This document shows, piece by piece, positions 23,181 to 35,609 of a DNA stretch of 64,000 nt (position 1 is its first letter; every line of letters starts with the position of its first letter). The stretch covers positions 8,742,001 to 8,806,000 of the forward strand of contig NC_043007.1 of the NCBI RefSeq assembly GCF_006345805.1, read 5' to 3'. The DNA is from Octopus sinensis. Taxonomy: Eukaryota. A program made the translations under genes and the position numbers. Under the pieces are notes generated by a model. That model saw only the letters and a list, made by a program, of their open reading frames with translations. It did not search any database and was not told the origin of the DNA.

Positions 23181-23486
23181 ATATATAAAAACTTTTAAAT
23201 AATGAGGGAGATAAATTGAATATTAATTTAATTAATATCAATTTAAAACCAGTAGCCTAGCATACAAAAGTCTGAAGAATCAGAGAAAATTCTAATACAT
23301 GTGTATATTTAAAGGGCTAAAAAACACTATGTGGTCAGCCATATGCTAGAAGTAGATCACCTGTGATCAAACTACAAAGAAAAGAATGTTCTCTAGAGAA
23401 AAATTCAGCGGACACCAGAACAATATTGGCAAGACAGATGAAAATTACATAAAAAACAAGAATGTGGGGAGAGAGAGGAGAAAAGA

Positions 23487-23785
23487 GAAGTTTTCGACCA
23501 AATTTCCAGGAAGTTAGAAAATCGTCGTAACTTCACAGGAAGTTTTCTACCAAATTTCCAGGAAGTTAGAAAATCATCGGAACTTCCCAGGATGTTTTCG
23601 ACCAAAGTTTCCATATGTTAGGAAACCCTCGGAACATCCCATGTTTTTCGACCAAATTTCCAGGAAGTTATAAAATTCTCGGAACTACCCAGGAATTTTT
23701 CGACCAAAATTTCCGGACTTTAGAAAATCCTCGGAACTTCCCAGGAAGTTTCCGACCAAATTTCTCGGAAGTTAGAAAATCCTCG
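23487..23785. repeat. 52-bp minisatellite, ~5.8 units
   Basis: Consensus GAAGTTTTCGACCAAATTTCCAGGAAGTTAGAAAATCCTCGGAACTTCCCAG. Confidence 0.9.
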
Positions 23786-24190
23786 CAGGAGTTGCTGTGT
23801 GGTAAGTAGCTCGTTTACCAGCCATATGGTTCCAGGTTCAGTCCCACTGCATGGCACCTTGGGCAAGTGTCTTCTACTATAGCCTCGGGCCGACCAAAGC
23901 CTTGTGAGTGGATTTGGTTGACGGAAACTGAAAGAAGCCCGTCGTATATATGTATATATATATGTGTGTGTGCGTGTATGTTTGTGTGTCTGTGTTTGTC
24001 CCCCTAGCATTGCTTGATAACCGATGCTGGTGTGTATATGTCCCCGTCACTTAGCGGTTCTGCAAAAGAGACCGTTAGAATAAGTACTGCGCTTACAAAG
24101 AATAAGTCCCGGGGTCGAGTTGCTCGATTAAAGGCGGTGCTCCAGCATGGCCGCAGTCAAATGACTGAAACAAGTAAAAGAGTAAAGAGT
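23783..24190 (+). mobile_element. SINE B, full length
   Basis: cgcaggagttgctgtgtggtaagtagc head to gtaaaagagtaaagag tail. Confidence 0.9.
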
Positions 24191-24218
24191 ATATATGTAT
24201 GTATATATATATATATAT

Positions 24219-24251
<33 letters not shown>

Positions 24252-24609
24252 GTATATATGTATATGTATATATAATATATATATATGTATTATATATATG
24301 TGTATATATAAAAACTTTTAAATAATGAGGGAGATAAATTGAATATTAATTTAATTAATATCAATTTAAAACCAGTAGCCTAGCATACAAAAGTCTAAAG
24401 AATCAGAGAAAATTCTAATACATGTGTATATTTAAAGGGCTAAAAAACACTATGTGGTCAGCCATATGGTAGAAGTAGATCACCTGTGATCAAACTACAA
24501 AGAAAAGAATGTTCTCTAGAGAAAAATTCAGCGGACACCAGAACAATATTGGCAAGACAGATGAAAATTACATAAAAAACAAGAATGTGGGGAGAGAGAG
24601 GAGAAAAGA

Positions 24610-24907
24610 GAAGTTTTCGACCAAATTTCCAGGAAGTTAGAAAATCGTCGTAACTTCACAGGAAGTTTTCTACCAAATTTCCAGGAAGTTAGAAAATCAT
24701 CGGAACTTCCCAGGATGTTTTCGACAAAGTTTCCATATGTTAGGAAACCCTCGGAACATCCCATGTTTTTTCGACCAAATTCCAGGAAGTTATAAAATTC
24801 TCGGAACTACCCAGGAATTTTTCGACCAAAATTTCCGGACTTTAGAAAATCCTCGGAACTTCCCAGGAAGTTTCCGACCAAATTTCTCGGAAGTTAGAAA
24901 ATCCTCG
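24610..24907. repeat. 52-bp minisatellite (duplicate copy)
   Basis: As 23487-23785. Confidence 0.9.
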
Positions 24908-25312
24908 CAGGAGTTGCTGTGTGGTAAGTAGCTCGTTTACCAGCCATATGGTTCCAGGTTCAGTCCCACTGCATGGCACCTTGGGCAAGTGTCTTCTACT
25001 ATAGCCTCGGGCCGACCAAAGCCTTGTGAGTGGATTTGGTTGACGGAAACTGAAAGAAGCCCGTCGTATATATGTATATATATATGTGTGTGTGCGTGTA
25101 TGTTTGTGTGTCTGTGTTTGTCCCCCTAGCATTGCTTGATAACCGATGCTGGTGTGTATATGTCCCCGTCACTTAGCGGTTCTGCAAAAGAGACCGTTAG
25201 AATAAGTACTGCGCTTACAAAGAATAAGTCCCGGGGTCGAGTTGCTCGATTAAAGGCGGTGCTCCAGCATGGCCGCAGTCAAATGACTGAAACAAGTAAA
25301 AGAGTAAAGAGT
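24905..25312 (+). mobile_element. SINE B (duplicate copy)
   Basis: Essentially identical to 23783-24190. Confidence 0.9.
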
Positions 25313-25744
25313 ATATATGTATGTATATATATATATATATATGTATAATTTATTACTCTATATGCATAAACGATGGGCCAAAGTCTCACTGGAATAAAAT
25401 AGAAGAATTAATAAAACGGTTCTTTCTATACCGACTTTTACGTACTTGAATCGTGAGTTCAAACAGGCTGGTGTCAATTTGCTTCGGTTGTATTCTGTGT
25501 ATGGACAAGCTTGAAGGAAAAATCGCAGCTCCAAACTGAATGAAGAGCTAAAATTCTACGTCTTGAAAAATTTTCTATAGTATGCTAGGAAAATATTTTC
25601 TCAAATTGAGTTTATCGTTGCCACAAATGTATACATGTTTTTGAATATACGTACACCAAAAATGGTTTTCTGTAGCAGAACGCCCTCATGCGTTGTTTCA
25701 CATTTCAGTTTTTAGTAGTTTTATTCGCACCAGGCACTAATCAC

Positions 25745-25975
25745 CAATCTGGTAATTGTATTGGAACTTATGGTCATAGATGTTGGATAATGACTGAAAG
25801 CGTATGTTCACGAAAGGAAGCATCTGAAATGGGATTCCTCCGAAGTATCTCTGGAATAACATTATTCGGTAGGAAGCGTAGCTCAGAGACTTGGGAGTCA
25901 CTCCAAATCGAGCTTCTATTTTGCACTGTGTGGTCACAGCTCTGGTACTACGAACAAGCGCTGAAGCGAGAAGAC
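25745..25975 (+). pseudogene. RTE-clade LINE RT C-terminal fragment
   Basis: TYGHRCWIMTESVCSRKEASEMGFLRSISGITLFGRKRSSETWESLQIE, matching the RTE pattern YG.E.W......EM.FLR.I.G. Confidence 0.8.
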
Positions 25976-26029
25976 CAAAAATGGCTTGAAAGTCATAACA
26001 TACCGGCAGAAAATAACATTACTAGGTGA

Positions 26030-26480
26030 GACAAGCTGACACTGAATTAGCTTCGCTGACTGACAGGTGACGGTCGTTTAGAGAAGACGTTGGCTAAGAT
26101 TACGTGCCTTCATTGGTCAATTAAAGTTGAGACAGTGTCACGTGACAACTTGCTGGGGCTGCCTGCTGGAGCTGCCTGCTGGAGCCTAGCAGCAGGTATT
26201 TAAAGGGAAAAATTTTGACAAGTCAGTCAGTCGCCCGCTGACACTCGTTGACGCTACATCGAAGAGGCCAGGGAACAGAAGAAAGAAGAAGAAAGAAGAT
26301 ATGCACCCAAAACCATATCTGAAGACACCTCCGAAAGGGGGGGGGGCGCCACGTCAAAACAGTAGAGGTGTAGGGGCCGAAATCGGACGTGGTTCGTCCT
26401 GATGATGTCTTAAGCTAACTGGATCTTATAAAGGAGCCGTTGTAGTAGCAGACCACGAAATACGGTTGAAATTCCTAGGA
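26030..26480 (+). mobile_element. pLTR/LTR-like segment with promoter-like motifs and two hammerhead-core remnants
   Basis: attggtc, gtcacgtgac, gtatttaaag; ctgaaga at 26319-26325, ctgatga at 26399-26405, gaaa at 26379 and 26457. Confidence 0.45.
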
Positions 26481-26989
26481 TGTCACAGGAAAAGTATGGC
26501 AGAACAGATGCTTCAAGCATCACGTTCTTCGGAGTTAACCAAGAAGGTGATGGTTGGATAATATTCGTAGTCTCGGTCGGTCAGGCTTAGGAATCCAGCA
26601 TGAAAGTGTAATGACGGTTGCTCCTGATAGAACCCTATGGGGGAGATGCCTGGAAGACTAGTGCGCGGATGAAATGGCTGAATAAAAATGAAGCGATAAA
26701 CAAAGCAAAAATAAAACTAAACTAAAACAAAATTTCAATTAGCTTATAGGTGGTTGAGTATACCATGGTTCACATAATTCTCTACAGAATTTTATCCCGA
26801 TGTTTTAGGTTGACTTGAAATTTGGCTAGAAGAGGTATCGATCCTAAACTCCAATTGCGTGCGCACACAAAAGTTATGAGTGTATATGTATGCACCTAAG
26901 TATGTATGTATGTATGTATGTTTGTATGAATGTATGTCTGCATGTATGCATGGGTGGATGGATGGATTGAAGGATGGATCGAAGGATGG

Positions 26990-27081
<92 letters not shown>

Positions 27082-27083
27082 AC

Positions 27084-27428
27084 TAATACAGAGAGTTGCT
27101 TATTTATAAATAAAAATATAACATGTGACTTCATTGACCGAGGTTACCGTGGTCTTTTCCGTAGGCTTTTCTTTCCACGGGTAAACCTCACCTGTTCTCC
27201 CCTTTACACTTTAGATTGACATTTCTGTGATAACGATCCCTATTGATCGAATTTTTTCTTTTTCCTTTTATTTTTAACCCCCTCCCTTTTTTTGCTTTCC
27301 TCTTTCTTTCCTTTTACGATCCCTTTTGATCGAAAACAAAAACCCCTTTTTTTATCGCCAAAAAGAAAAGCTCTACCTTGTAAATTGTCCCGTCTGTGTG
27401 CAGCCCTGTGTGGCTAATAAAGAAACAT
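27084..27428 (+). mobile_element. Tx1 3'-UTR-only copy inside (TATC)n
   Basis: Homologous to 18539-18916; (TATC)n at 26990-27080 and 27427-27443. Confidence 0.88.
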
Positions 27429-27461
27429 ATCTATCTATCTATCGTTCGATCTATGTGCTTA

Positions 27462-27493
<32 letters not shown>

Positions 27494-27947
27494 GACACAC
27501 ACACACATATGGGGACTAGAGTGCTAGAGTGAGAAGTAAGTATATACAGAAAGTCACCCACAGAAATATGTGAGTACGCACGCTCGCACACGCACGCACT
27601 GAAAAACAAACGCACACATTCACACACACATATATGGAAGTTAATATATATGCACACAAAATCCACGAAGACAAGAAAAAGAAGCATTTGGTGCGCCAAA
27701 TTAATAGGTAACTAAACAAGAATACGATGACAGCATTAAACTAGATAGCTTTTCTATTATGGATATGCGTGTATATGTGTATATGTATGTGTGTATGTAT
27801 GTGTGTGTATGCGTGTGAGGGTGAGGAGTGGGGGAGAAGACGGATGTGTCAGATGATTAGTTAAAGGTCAAAGTTGACTCGTCCATTTGAAAAGGTCAGT
27901 GCCACTGTTTAAGAATCGTGTTATCAATGGACGCGTCGTCTTCTAAT

Positions 27948-28013
<66 letters not shown>

Positions 28014-28309
28014 CGTGCGTGTTAGTATCGTACTATCGTAGTATCAAGGAGAGATGAGAAGACAAACAACTTGAAAAAGCTGAATCAAGGACGTACCTGG
28101 TGCCATTCCAAGTGGTGCGTTCCACCAAAGTAATTTGCAGACTTTAGAATTGGTGGGGGTGAAGGATAAGAACAAAGAGCTACGTTGGCGTATGTATGAA
28201 TGCTTGTATGTATGTGTATATGTATGTATGTATGTATATACACATAGATAGCTGTGTATGAATGTATGTATTTATGCATGTATATACACTCACGACTATC
28301 TATCTATCT

Positions 28310-28477
28310 TTTTTTCTTTTCTTTTTTTTTCTATTTTTCTCTTTTTCTTTTTTTTCCCTTTTACGATCCCTTTTCATCGAAAACCTACGCCACCTTTTTT
28401 TTTCTCCCCCAAAAGAAAAGCTCTACCTTGTAACTTGTCCCATCTGTGTGCAGCCCTGTGTGGCCAATAAAGAAACT
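28310..28477 (+). mobile_element. Tx1 3'-terminal fragment inside (TATC)n
   Basis: aaaagaaaagctctaccttgtaa...gccaataaagaaac; ctatctatctatct before and long imperfect (TATC)n after. Confidence 0.85.
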
Positions 28478-28534
28478 TATCTAACTATCTATCAACTAAT
28501 CTCTCTCTATCTATCAACCAATCTCTCTCTCTCC

Positions 28535-28618
<84 letters not shown>

Positions 28619-29294
28619 ATAGCTATCTATCTAAACACTTTGAAACACTGATAGAAATATATTTCATGTTAATTCAAATAACAATGGAAAGGAACGAACA
28701 AATTTAGCTGGCAACCCGATATATTTACATTTAAAATATTAGAAGAATAGATCTACAAACCCCGCCAAACCCATAAATCTATATTATAGAAATACTTGTC
28801 CTACGAATATAAAAACAAAACAAAAAACACTGCAAAACATTGAAACAAATAAATAGAAGAAACGAACGAAATTATCTGACAACCAATTTAAAACACCTAT
28901 TGGATAATTCTAATTGTGTGACAGATAAATGACTAGATTCCATCTGTACGCCATGGTGGGCGTGGAGCAAACACAGCTTTTCAGTTAGAATGTGTTTAGA
29001 CAGAATATTAATTAAGTTTGTTAATAACAATAGGCTTGAATGTCTGCAATTTCGAGTTATTGCCAGTGCAGATCCTAATTTCGTGATCTGCATCGTGAAT
29101 AGACTCAGGATATTGAAACAGGTCCCAGTTTCTTATTTCCCGGGAATCCTACAGGGATCAAGTTATATAATTAGTTAAGCGGGGTATTAAAGGAGACAAA
29201 GAGAGATAAGTGACAATAAATTAAAAACGATATTGATTAACGTCGTCAGAGATTTCTCAGAAATAGAAGAATCAAGACTATAAAAAAAGAAACT

Positions 29295-29403
29295 AGCATT
29301 CCGTCGGTGACGACGACGAGTGTTCCGGTTGATTCGATCAACGGAACAGCCTGCTCCTGAAATTAACGTGTAAATGGCTATGTACTCCTAAGACACGCGT
29401 AGG
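29295..29403 (-). mobile_element. 3' tail fragment of SINE D (or its partner LINE)
   Basis: Reverse complement matches 8265-8370. Confidence 0.7.
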
Positions 29404-29409
29404 CTAGAC

Positions 29410-29496
<87 letters not shown>

Positions 29497-29668
29497 GTGT
29501 GTGTGTGGTGTGTGTGTGTGTGTATGTGTGTGTTAAAATGTTAGACCTCGGAGTTAAACCTCTAGTCTGTCTTTACAGAGGAAAGTAAAAATGAACTCAG
29601 CAAGTTTCATCGCCTGCTCATCATGAGTGTTTAGTCCATCCGTTCTATAGAGAAAGAGATAGGGAAGG

Positions 29669-29700
<32 letters not shown>

Positions 29701-30175
29701 AGAGAGAGAGAGAGAGAGAGAAAGGAAGAAAGAAGATAAAAAGAAAGAGCGAATGAGAGAAGATAGAGAGACAGACAGAGCGAGGGCGAGAGAAAGACAC
29801 AGTGTTGCGTACAGAAACGATCAAAATGCGGCTTAATTATTCGCCTATCGGAGGCGACACATTTTAATTAACTCTTAATGAACTAAAGAATGGAGACATC
29901 GTATATGTCGATAATTATTTTTATCCATGCAGTAAATATATATACATTTAGCGAGACTAAATTATTTGTTTATTGAATACATTCATGTAAATATATCTGA
30001 AACTTATTCACAAAAACGCTTTTTTCAGGATGTAACTTAATTAATAGGAGATGCTAATGAATGTAGAGATATGCAAATTAGAATAAATAATGACAGTTAT
30101 TCATTGCATTTTTTCTCAGTATTTGTAAAATGTCTTAGATTATAAATATGAGATGAAATTAGAGGAGTTGTTTTC

Positions 30176-30206
<31 letters not shown>

Positions 30207-30739
30207 CGGAGAAAGAATGAGGGAAAGGGAGTGAGGAGAGAAAGAGAAAGTGAAATTAAAATGGAGAGAAAGAGAGGGAGAAAGAGGGGAGAGATGGAGT
30301 TGAAGGAAAGAGAAAAAAAAACGGGAGAGAGACAGATGGGCAGATAGACACACAGACAGATGCACAGAGCTATAGAGAAAGAGAGCGAAAAGAGAGGAGA
30401 GACAACATCTAAGAATTGCTAATAGCATATTTCTTACATGTTTATGTAACATGTAAAGTTTAGTAATTCCGATTAACAAACGAAACATATGTAATGGTGA
30501 ACAAATAGTATCAAGCAAATTCCCAACTTCCTGTTTAGTTATATAATAACTCTGCAAACAATATTTCTAGAACTTTTTTTTATCTAACCTGTATCATACA
30601 TCAATACAACAATGACAATAGTTACATACTGGATTATAATACTGGAATAAGCAGAGGTACTTCAAGAGAACAGAGCTCAGATTTTCTCCCTACTTACACA
30701 ATATATAAATTACGTTGAACCATTAATCCTACACACTTT

Positions 30740-30921
30740 TTCTCTCACAGTTTTTTTTAATTTTTCGTTCTCTCCCCATTTACCCACCTCTCAATCATTC
30801 CTGTCTAAGAGCGTAGGCTCGAAATGTCAAAGTCTTTTCCATTTTTCCAGAGCATTAAATTAATACGCCTGCTTGGTTTTTCCTCACCTGTCTTCGTCTA
30901 TTGTTTTCTGCAAATTCGAAC
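30740..30921 (+). mobile_element. pLTR-like mini-element with decayed hammerhead, ending at (TA)n
   Basis: ctgtcta-a-gagc-gtag-gctc-gaaa-tg-tc at 30801-30828; ends aattcgaac then (TA)n. Confidence 0.55.
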
Positions 30922-30946
30922 TATATATATATATATATATATACAT

Positions 30947-30979
<33 letters not shown>

Positions 30980-31264
30980 CACATTCATGTATACGGATGT
31001 GTGTGCGAGTGTTTAGTTGACTGTGTGGGTGCGCTTGTGCGTAAGTGCTTAATGAAGTTAGCTTTAAATGTATTTTAATGTGTTTTAAATATTTTCTATC
31101 GTGAATAAACAAATATGAATGAAAAGATGAAACAAAAAATTAGTTTCATTTTTTAATATAACATAAGTCCGTTTTGTTCGTTCTGGTCAAATGGTGAAAT
31201 TTGAGCAGAACCGGTGCCAACAACATCAACAACTACAACAACTGTACAAATAATCATTATTGTA

Positions 31265-31367
31265 GCTAATAAATAATTTTTTGGCTATCGTCATCGCTAT
31301 CATCCACATCAATATTTTTCATCGCCTCCACGGTCACCATGAATATCGTTACCGTCATCATCATGCT

Positions 31368-31419
<52 letters not shown>

Positions 31420-31582
31420 GTCATCATCATCGTCATCGTCATCGTCATCATCATAATCGTCGTCGTAGACGTCGTTGCCGGTCGTCGTTGTCATCATGAT
31501 CCACAATGCAATCTTCGTTTTAAGCGACGTCAACAACATCGCTACCATCATCATCCTCATCACTGTTCTCCTCCACGTCCTC

Positions 31583-31638
<56 letters not shown>

Positions 31639-31995
31639 TATCATTACATTCATCATCATCGTCATCATCATCGTCATCATCATCATCGTTATCATCATCG
31701 TCATCATCATCGTCATTATCATCATCATCATCATTATCATCATCATCATCATCACCGTCATCGTCACTATCGTCATCATCACCACCATCATGAACATCAT
31801 CATGATTATCATCGACAACAGCGGCACCACTTACTTTTCCATTGTTGTTCTTGACCTTATTGTTGCCATCGATTTTTTTACTGTTGTACTCACCGTATGT
31901 GTCACTGTTGTTGTTGTTGCTGCTGTTGTTGCCGTTGTTGCTGTTGTTGTCGCTGATGTATTCGTTATTGTTGCTGTTGTTGTTATTAGTATTAT
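31265..31995. repeat. Long imperfect (CAT)n array switching to (GTT)n
   Basis: Direct reading; source of poly-His/Ile/Met ORFs. Confidence 0.9.
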
Positions 31996-32494
31996 TATCT
32001 CCTTAATGCATGTTGTCACACTACTTCTGAAGCAAAGCTGAAATCCGTTAAGTTTAGTGGCTACCCTCGGATTTATTCTAATCACGTACAACTCCAAACA
32101 CCCATCCACCCCCGAAACCCACCCCACAGACAACACATGTACACGCATGCGCATATACACACGTCCGCATATATCAGTCACACTGATAGTTTGCATTTCT
32201 GTCCGACACCCATCATACTTAAACTGCATGTATAGTCGACGTCATCTTAAAGTGATGAAAATGTCACCCGCCATTTTGCCTCCCATTGCCCCGACATGTG
32301 TCCAGTGTGAGTGACAGAAGGGACGTGCCACTATGTATATATATATATATATTCTTTTATTCTTTTACTTGTTTCAGTCATTTGACTCAAATATATATTT
32401 GAGCATGTGTGTATAATACGCATGCGCATACATATTTGTGTGTGTATATATAATATGCATGTATATAATATATATATATATATATATATGCATG

Positions 32495-32539
<45 letters not shown>

Positions 32540-33972
32540 TATATATATACATGCATATATATATATATATGTATATATATACACATGTATATATATATAT
32601 ATATGTGTATGTATATATATAGTTGAAAAATATTTTCATATTCTTTTCATATTCTTGTTACTTGCTTTAGCTGGGTTTTTTTATGAATATGCTGAATCTT
32701 TTTATTAGAAATCATTCTCTCTTTTTGGACCTCTCAAAAAATTTGAATTGATCTCTTATGAACTTATTTTTCCCCATATACATATACACACATATACATA
32801 TATATATATTTTTATATACATCCTATAAATCTTGCCTAAGCGACATACAGCAATGCTATGAAACTTTCTGTGAGCTCACTGCAAGATTCGATTTTAGTAT
32901 CCACCTCGATACATTATCTATTTACTACATTTTTATCTTAAAAAGGAAACAAACGTTTCTTAATCTTTGACCTCTTATCCCGGCTTTAAATATTTAGTCT
33001 GTATACTTTTCGGAAAACAAACTTGTTATCCCCAAATTTATGATATTCTTCCTCTTTTAGATTTGGTTTGCAAAATTCTAAATATAAACTCGTATGTTGA
33101 ACTAGATTTTGCTACATTTCGGGAGGGTCATTATGCCAATAGTAATCACACGTTCTGGTTCTATTTCACTTTGAACGTACTTGGAGTAGAGAGGGCATAC
33201 CATTGATGAGATCGTGCGTGGCAATAAAAGGAATTTGGAAAACCTAGCCGAATGATTGTCCGAATGTTTAATCAAATTCTCGATTAGTTAATTGGTTACT
33301 TGGTTAACCCATTGATAAGTAAATAATAAAGAAGTGAAGTAGAATCAGAGCGTGTGACGCGTTAATAATTGGCATAATGATTCTGCAAAAACTATGAACT
33401 CCATTTCAGTAGAAACTTTTTTTCGATTTACATCTCACTCAAAATACTAATGAAGTTTAAACCCTTATGTTTTGATCCATATGTGCGGTAATTTACATAA
33501 ATGTTTTCTTCCGTACAAGCTTTATAAGCGAAAATAGCTAGCAGTCGGATGGATCCTTCTAGTTCCTAGTTGGAAGAGTTAATCCCTCTCCACTTTAACA
33601 CTTGAGCTGGCCTTGTATGGGTGCTTTAATTGACACCATCTTGTAAAAACATTCAAGCGTTCAAACATCTAAACTTAGTGTCTTATTTAAGTAGAACACC
33701 GTTACGTGGCGGAGCTACTTACTTAAGTAAACATTGCATTATTAATTCTTTCTTCAAAGCAGAAACAGAACTGGCACAATCTTTTGTGCGCAGGACAAAA
33801 TGCTTATTCAATCCTCAGCAGAATTTGAACCCAGTATATTAAGAACCTGAAGAAATGCCACTAAGTATTTTGACCGGCCTCCAAACGGTGCTAACAGATT
33901 GTCGCTTTTCTCCCCCAAATAACTAACAAAAATAACAACGACAATTTCTAAAACTTGTTCATTCTATTATAA

Positions 33973-34377
33973 ACTAGCTTAAAAACCGCAGCTCCTGCGG
34001 ATGGCAAACTGGGCCTGCGACCCAAAACTAAGGGAACCGATAATAATAATAATAAAGCATTTATTGGTACCTTACCGAATATGGTATTACCCAACCAATA
34101 CGGTATTACTTTAAATTCGGTTTAAATGAAGAACTTGTAAGTTCATGAATTTTCGGAGTTCATTTAAAATTTGAATTTTCACGTGTTAGCATATAACAAA
34201 TCTTCATTCAGACCTGATCCCAATGCTGGTTGATCAAAAACCAAATGAATGGCAGGTTTTCAATCCCGATTATCCTGATTCCAAAATGGTATGTGTCTAT
34301 GTAGACCAAATGTAGACGAGACACAGGAGTCCCGCGCGGCAACGGACAGACACAATTTCACGTTTATTATTACAGAT
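33973..34377 (+). mobile_element. Helitron/HINE-like element, second family
   Basis: actagc start, subterminal IR ccgcagctcctgcgg, end cggacagac...attattacagat. Confidence 0.6.
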
Positions 34378-34384
34378 AGCTCTA

Positions 34385-35215
34385 AGGTGGCGAGCTAGCA
34401 GAATCGTAAGCGCTCCGGGCGAACATGCTTAGCGGTATTTCGCCCATCGCTACGTTCTGAGTTCAAATTCCATCGAGGTCGACTTTGCCTTTCATCCTTT
34501 CGGGGTCAATAAATTAAGTACCAGTGAAACACTGGGGGTCGATGTCATCGACTAGTCCCCTCCCTCCACAATTTCAGACCTTGGTCTATTGTCAAAAGGA
34601 TTATAGATAGCAAAAAGGCGGCGAGCTGGCAGAAACGTTAGCACGCCGGGCGAAATGCCTAGCAGTATTTCGTCTGCCGTTACGTTCTGAGTTCAAATTC
34701 CGCCGAGGTCGACTTTGCCTTTCATCCTTTCGGAGTCGATAAATTAAGTTACCAGTTACGCACTGGGCTCGATATAATCGACTTAATCCGTTTGTCTGTC
34801 CTTGTTTGTCCCCTCTGTGTGTAGCCCCTTGTGGCAGTAAAGAAATATATATTTCACCCGTCGCTATGCTCTGAGTTCAAATTCCGCCGAGGTCGACTTT
34901 GCCTTTCATCCTTTCGGGGACGATAAAGTAAGTACCAGAGAGACACTGAGGTCGATGTAATCAACTCATCCCCTCCCCTTGTAGTAAAATATGTAACCAA
35001 TATTAAGGCAGCAAGCTGGCTGGACGAAATGCTTAGAAGGGTTTCGCCCGTCACTACGTTCTGAGTTCAAAATCCACCGAGGTCGACTTTGCCTTTCATC
35101 CTTTCGAGGTCGATATATTAAGTACCAGTCGAGTACTGGAGTCGATGTAATAGACTTAACCTTTCCCAACAACTAAATTTCAGGCCTTGTGTCTGTAGTA
35201 GAAAAGATTATTATA
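34385..35215 (+). mobile_element. Cluster of four SINE-A units (short, long, short, short tails)
   Basis: Units about 34385-34604, 34616-34847, 34850-34985, 35005-35215. Confidence 0.85.
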
Positions 35216-35286
35216 GACAGCAAAGTAATCTCCCTTAAATCACACCTAGTCGTCTTTTAAAATAGACACATTGGATAGACGTAGAT

Positions 35287-35609
35287 CAATGGTTCTCAAC
35301 CTGGATTCATTTGGCCCCAGAGGGTCCATATAATATTTTTAGGGGTTCACACAAGCGAAATAGTAAATTGGGGATTCATAATAGTATTTTAGGGGTCCGT
35401 GAAAGATTTTACGTTAGATGTACTTTTTGCAAGAAACAGCTAAGTTTCTCTCTCTAACATCATACACAGTTCGACCTACACAAGTTAATGTGTAAGAAAA
35501 CAAAGACATATTTATAAACTAGTTTTTAAACATTGAACGGCTATGGGGGTCACCAGAATAAAATAGTGATCAAAGGAGTTCATGGATAAAAAAGGGTTGA
35601 AAACCACTG
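35287..35609. mobile_element. hAT (Charlie-like) MITE
   Basis: TIRs caatggttctcaacc / gggttgaaaaccactg; inverted homolog at 59655. Confidence 0.8.

Larger units (their letters stand above)
23178..25345. repeat. ~1122-bp tandem duplication (2 units) bounded by (TA)n tracts
   Basis: Offset 1122-1123 between matching ORFs (23405/24528, 24014/25136); only a handful of differences seen. Confidence 0.95.

Noticed and set aside
23487-23785. CRISPR-like array
   Set aside because: Units are contiguous diverged repeats with no unique spacers, there are no cas genes, and the context is eukaryotic.
28872-29178. ORFs in a unique, non-repetitive segment
   Set aside because: No motif or family recognised; may be regulatory DNA but unsupported.
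29595-29630. Hammerhead-like actca-tgatga...gaaa...tgagt on the minus strand
   Set aside because: C3 missing, no stem II pairing and no valid UH site.
31281-32041. Poly-His/poly-Ile proteins
   Set aside because: Trinucleotide repeat read-through without any flanking domain.
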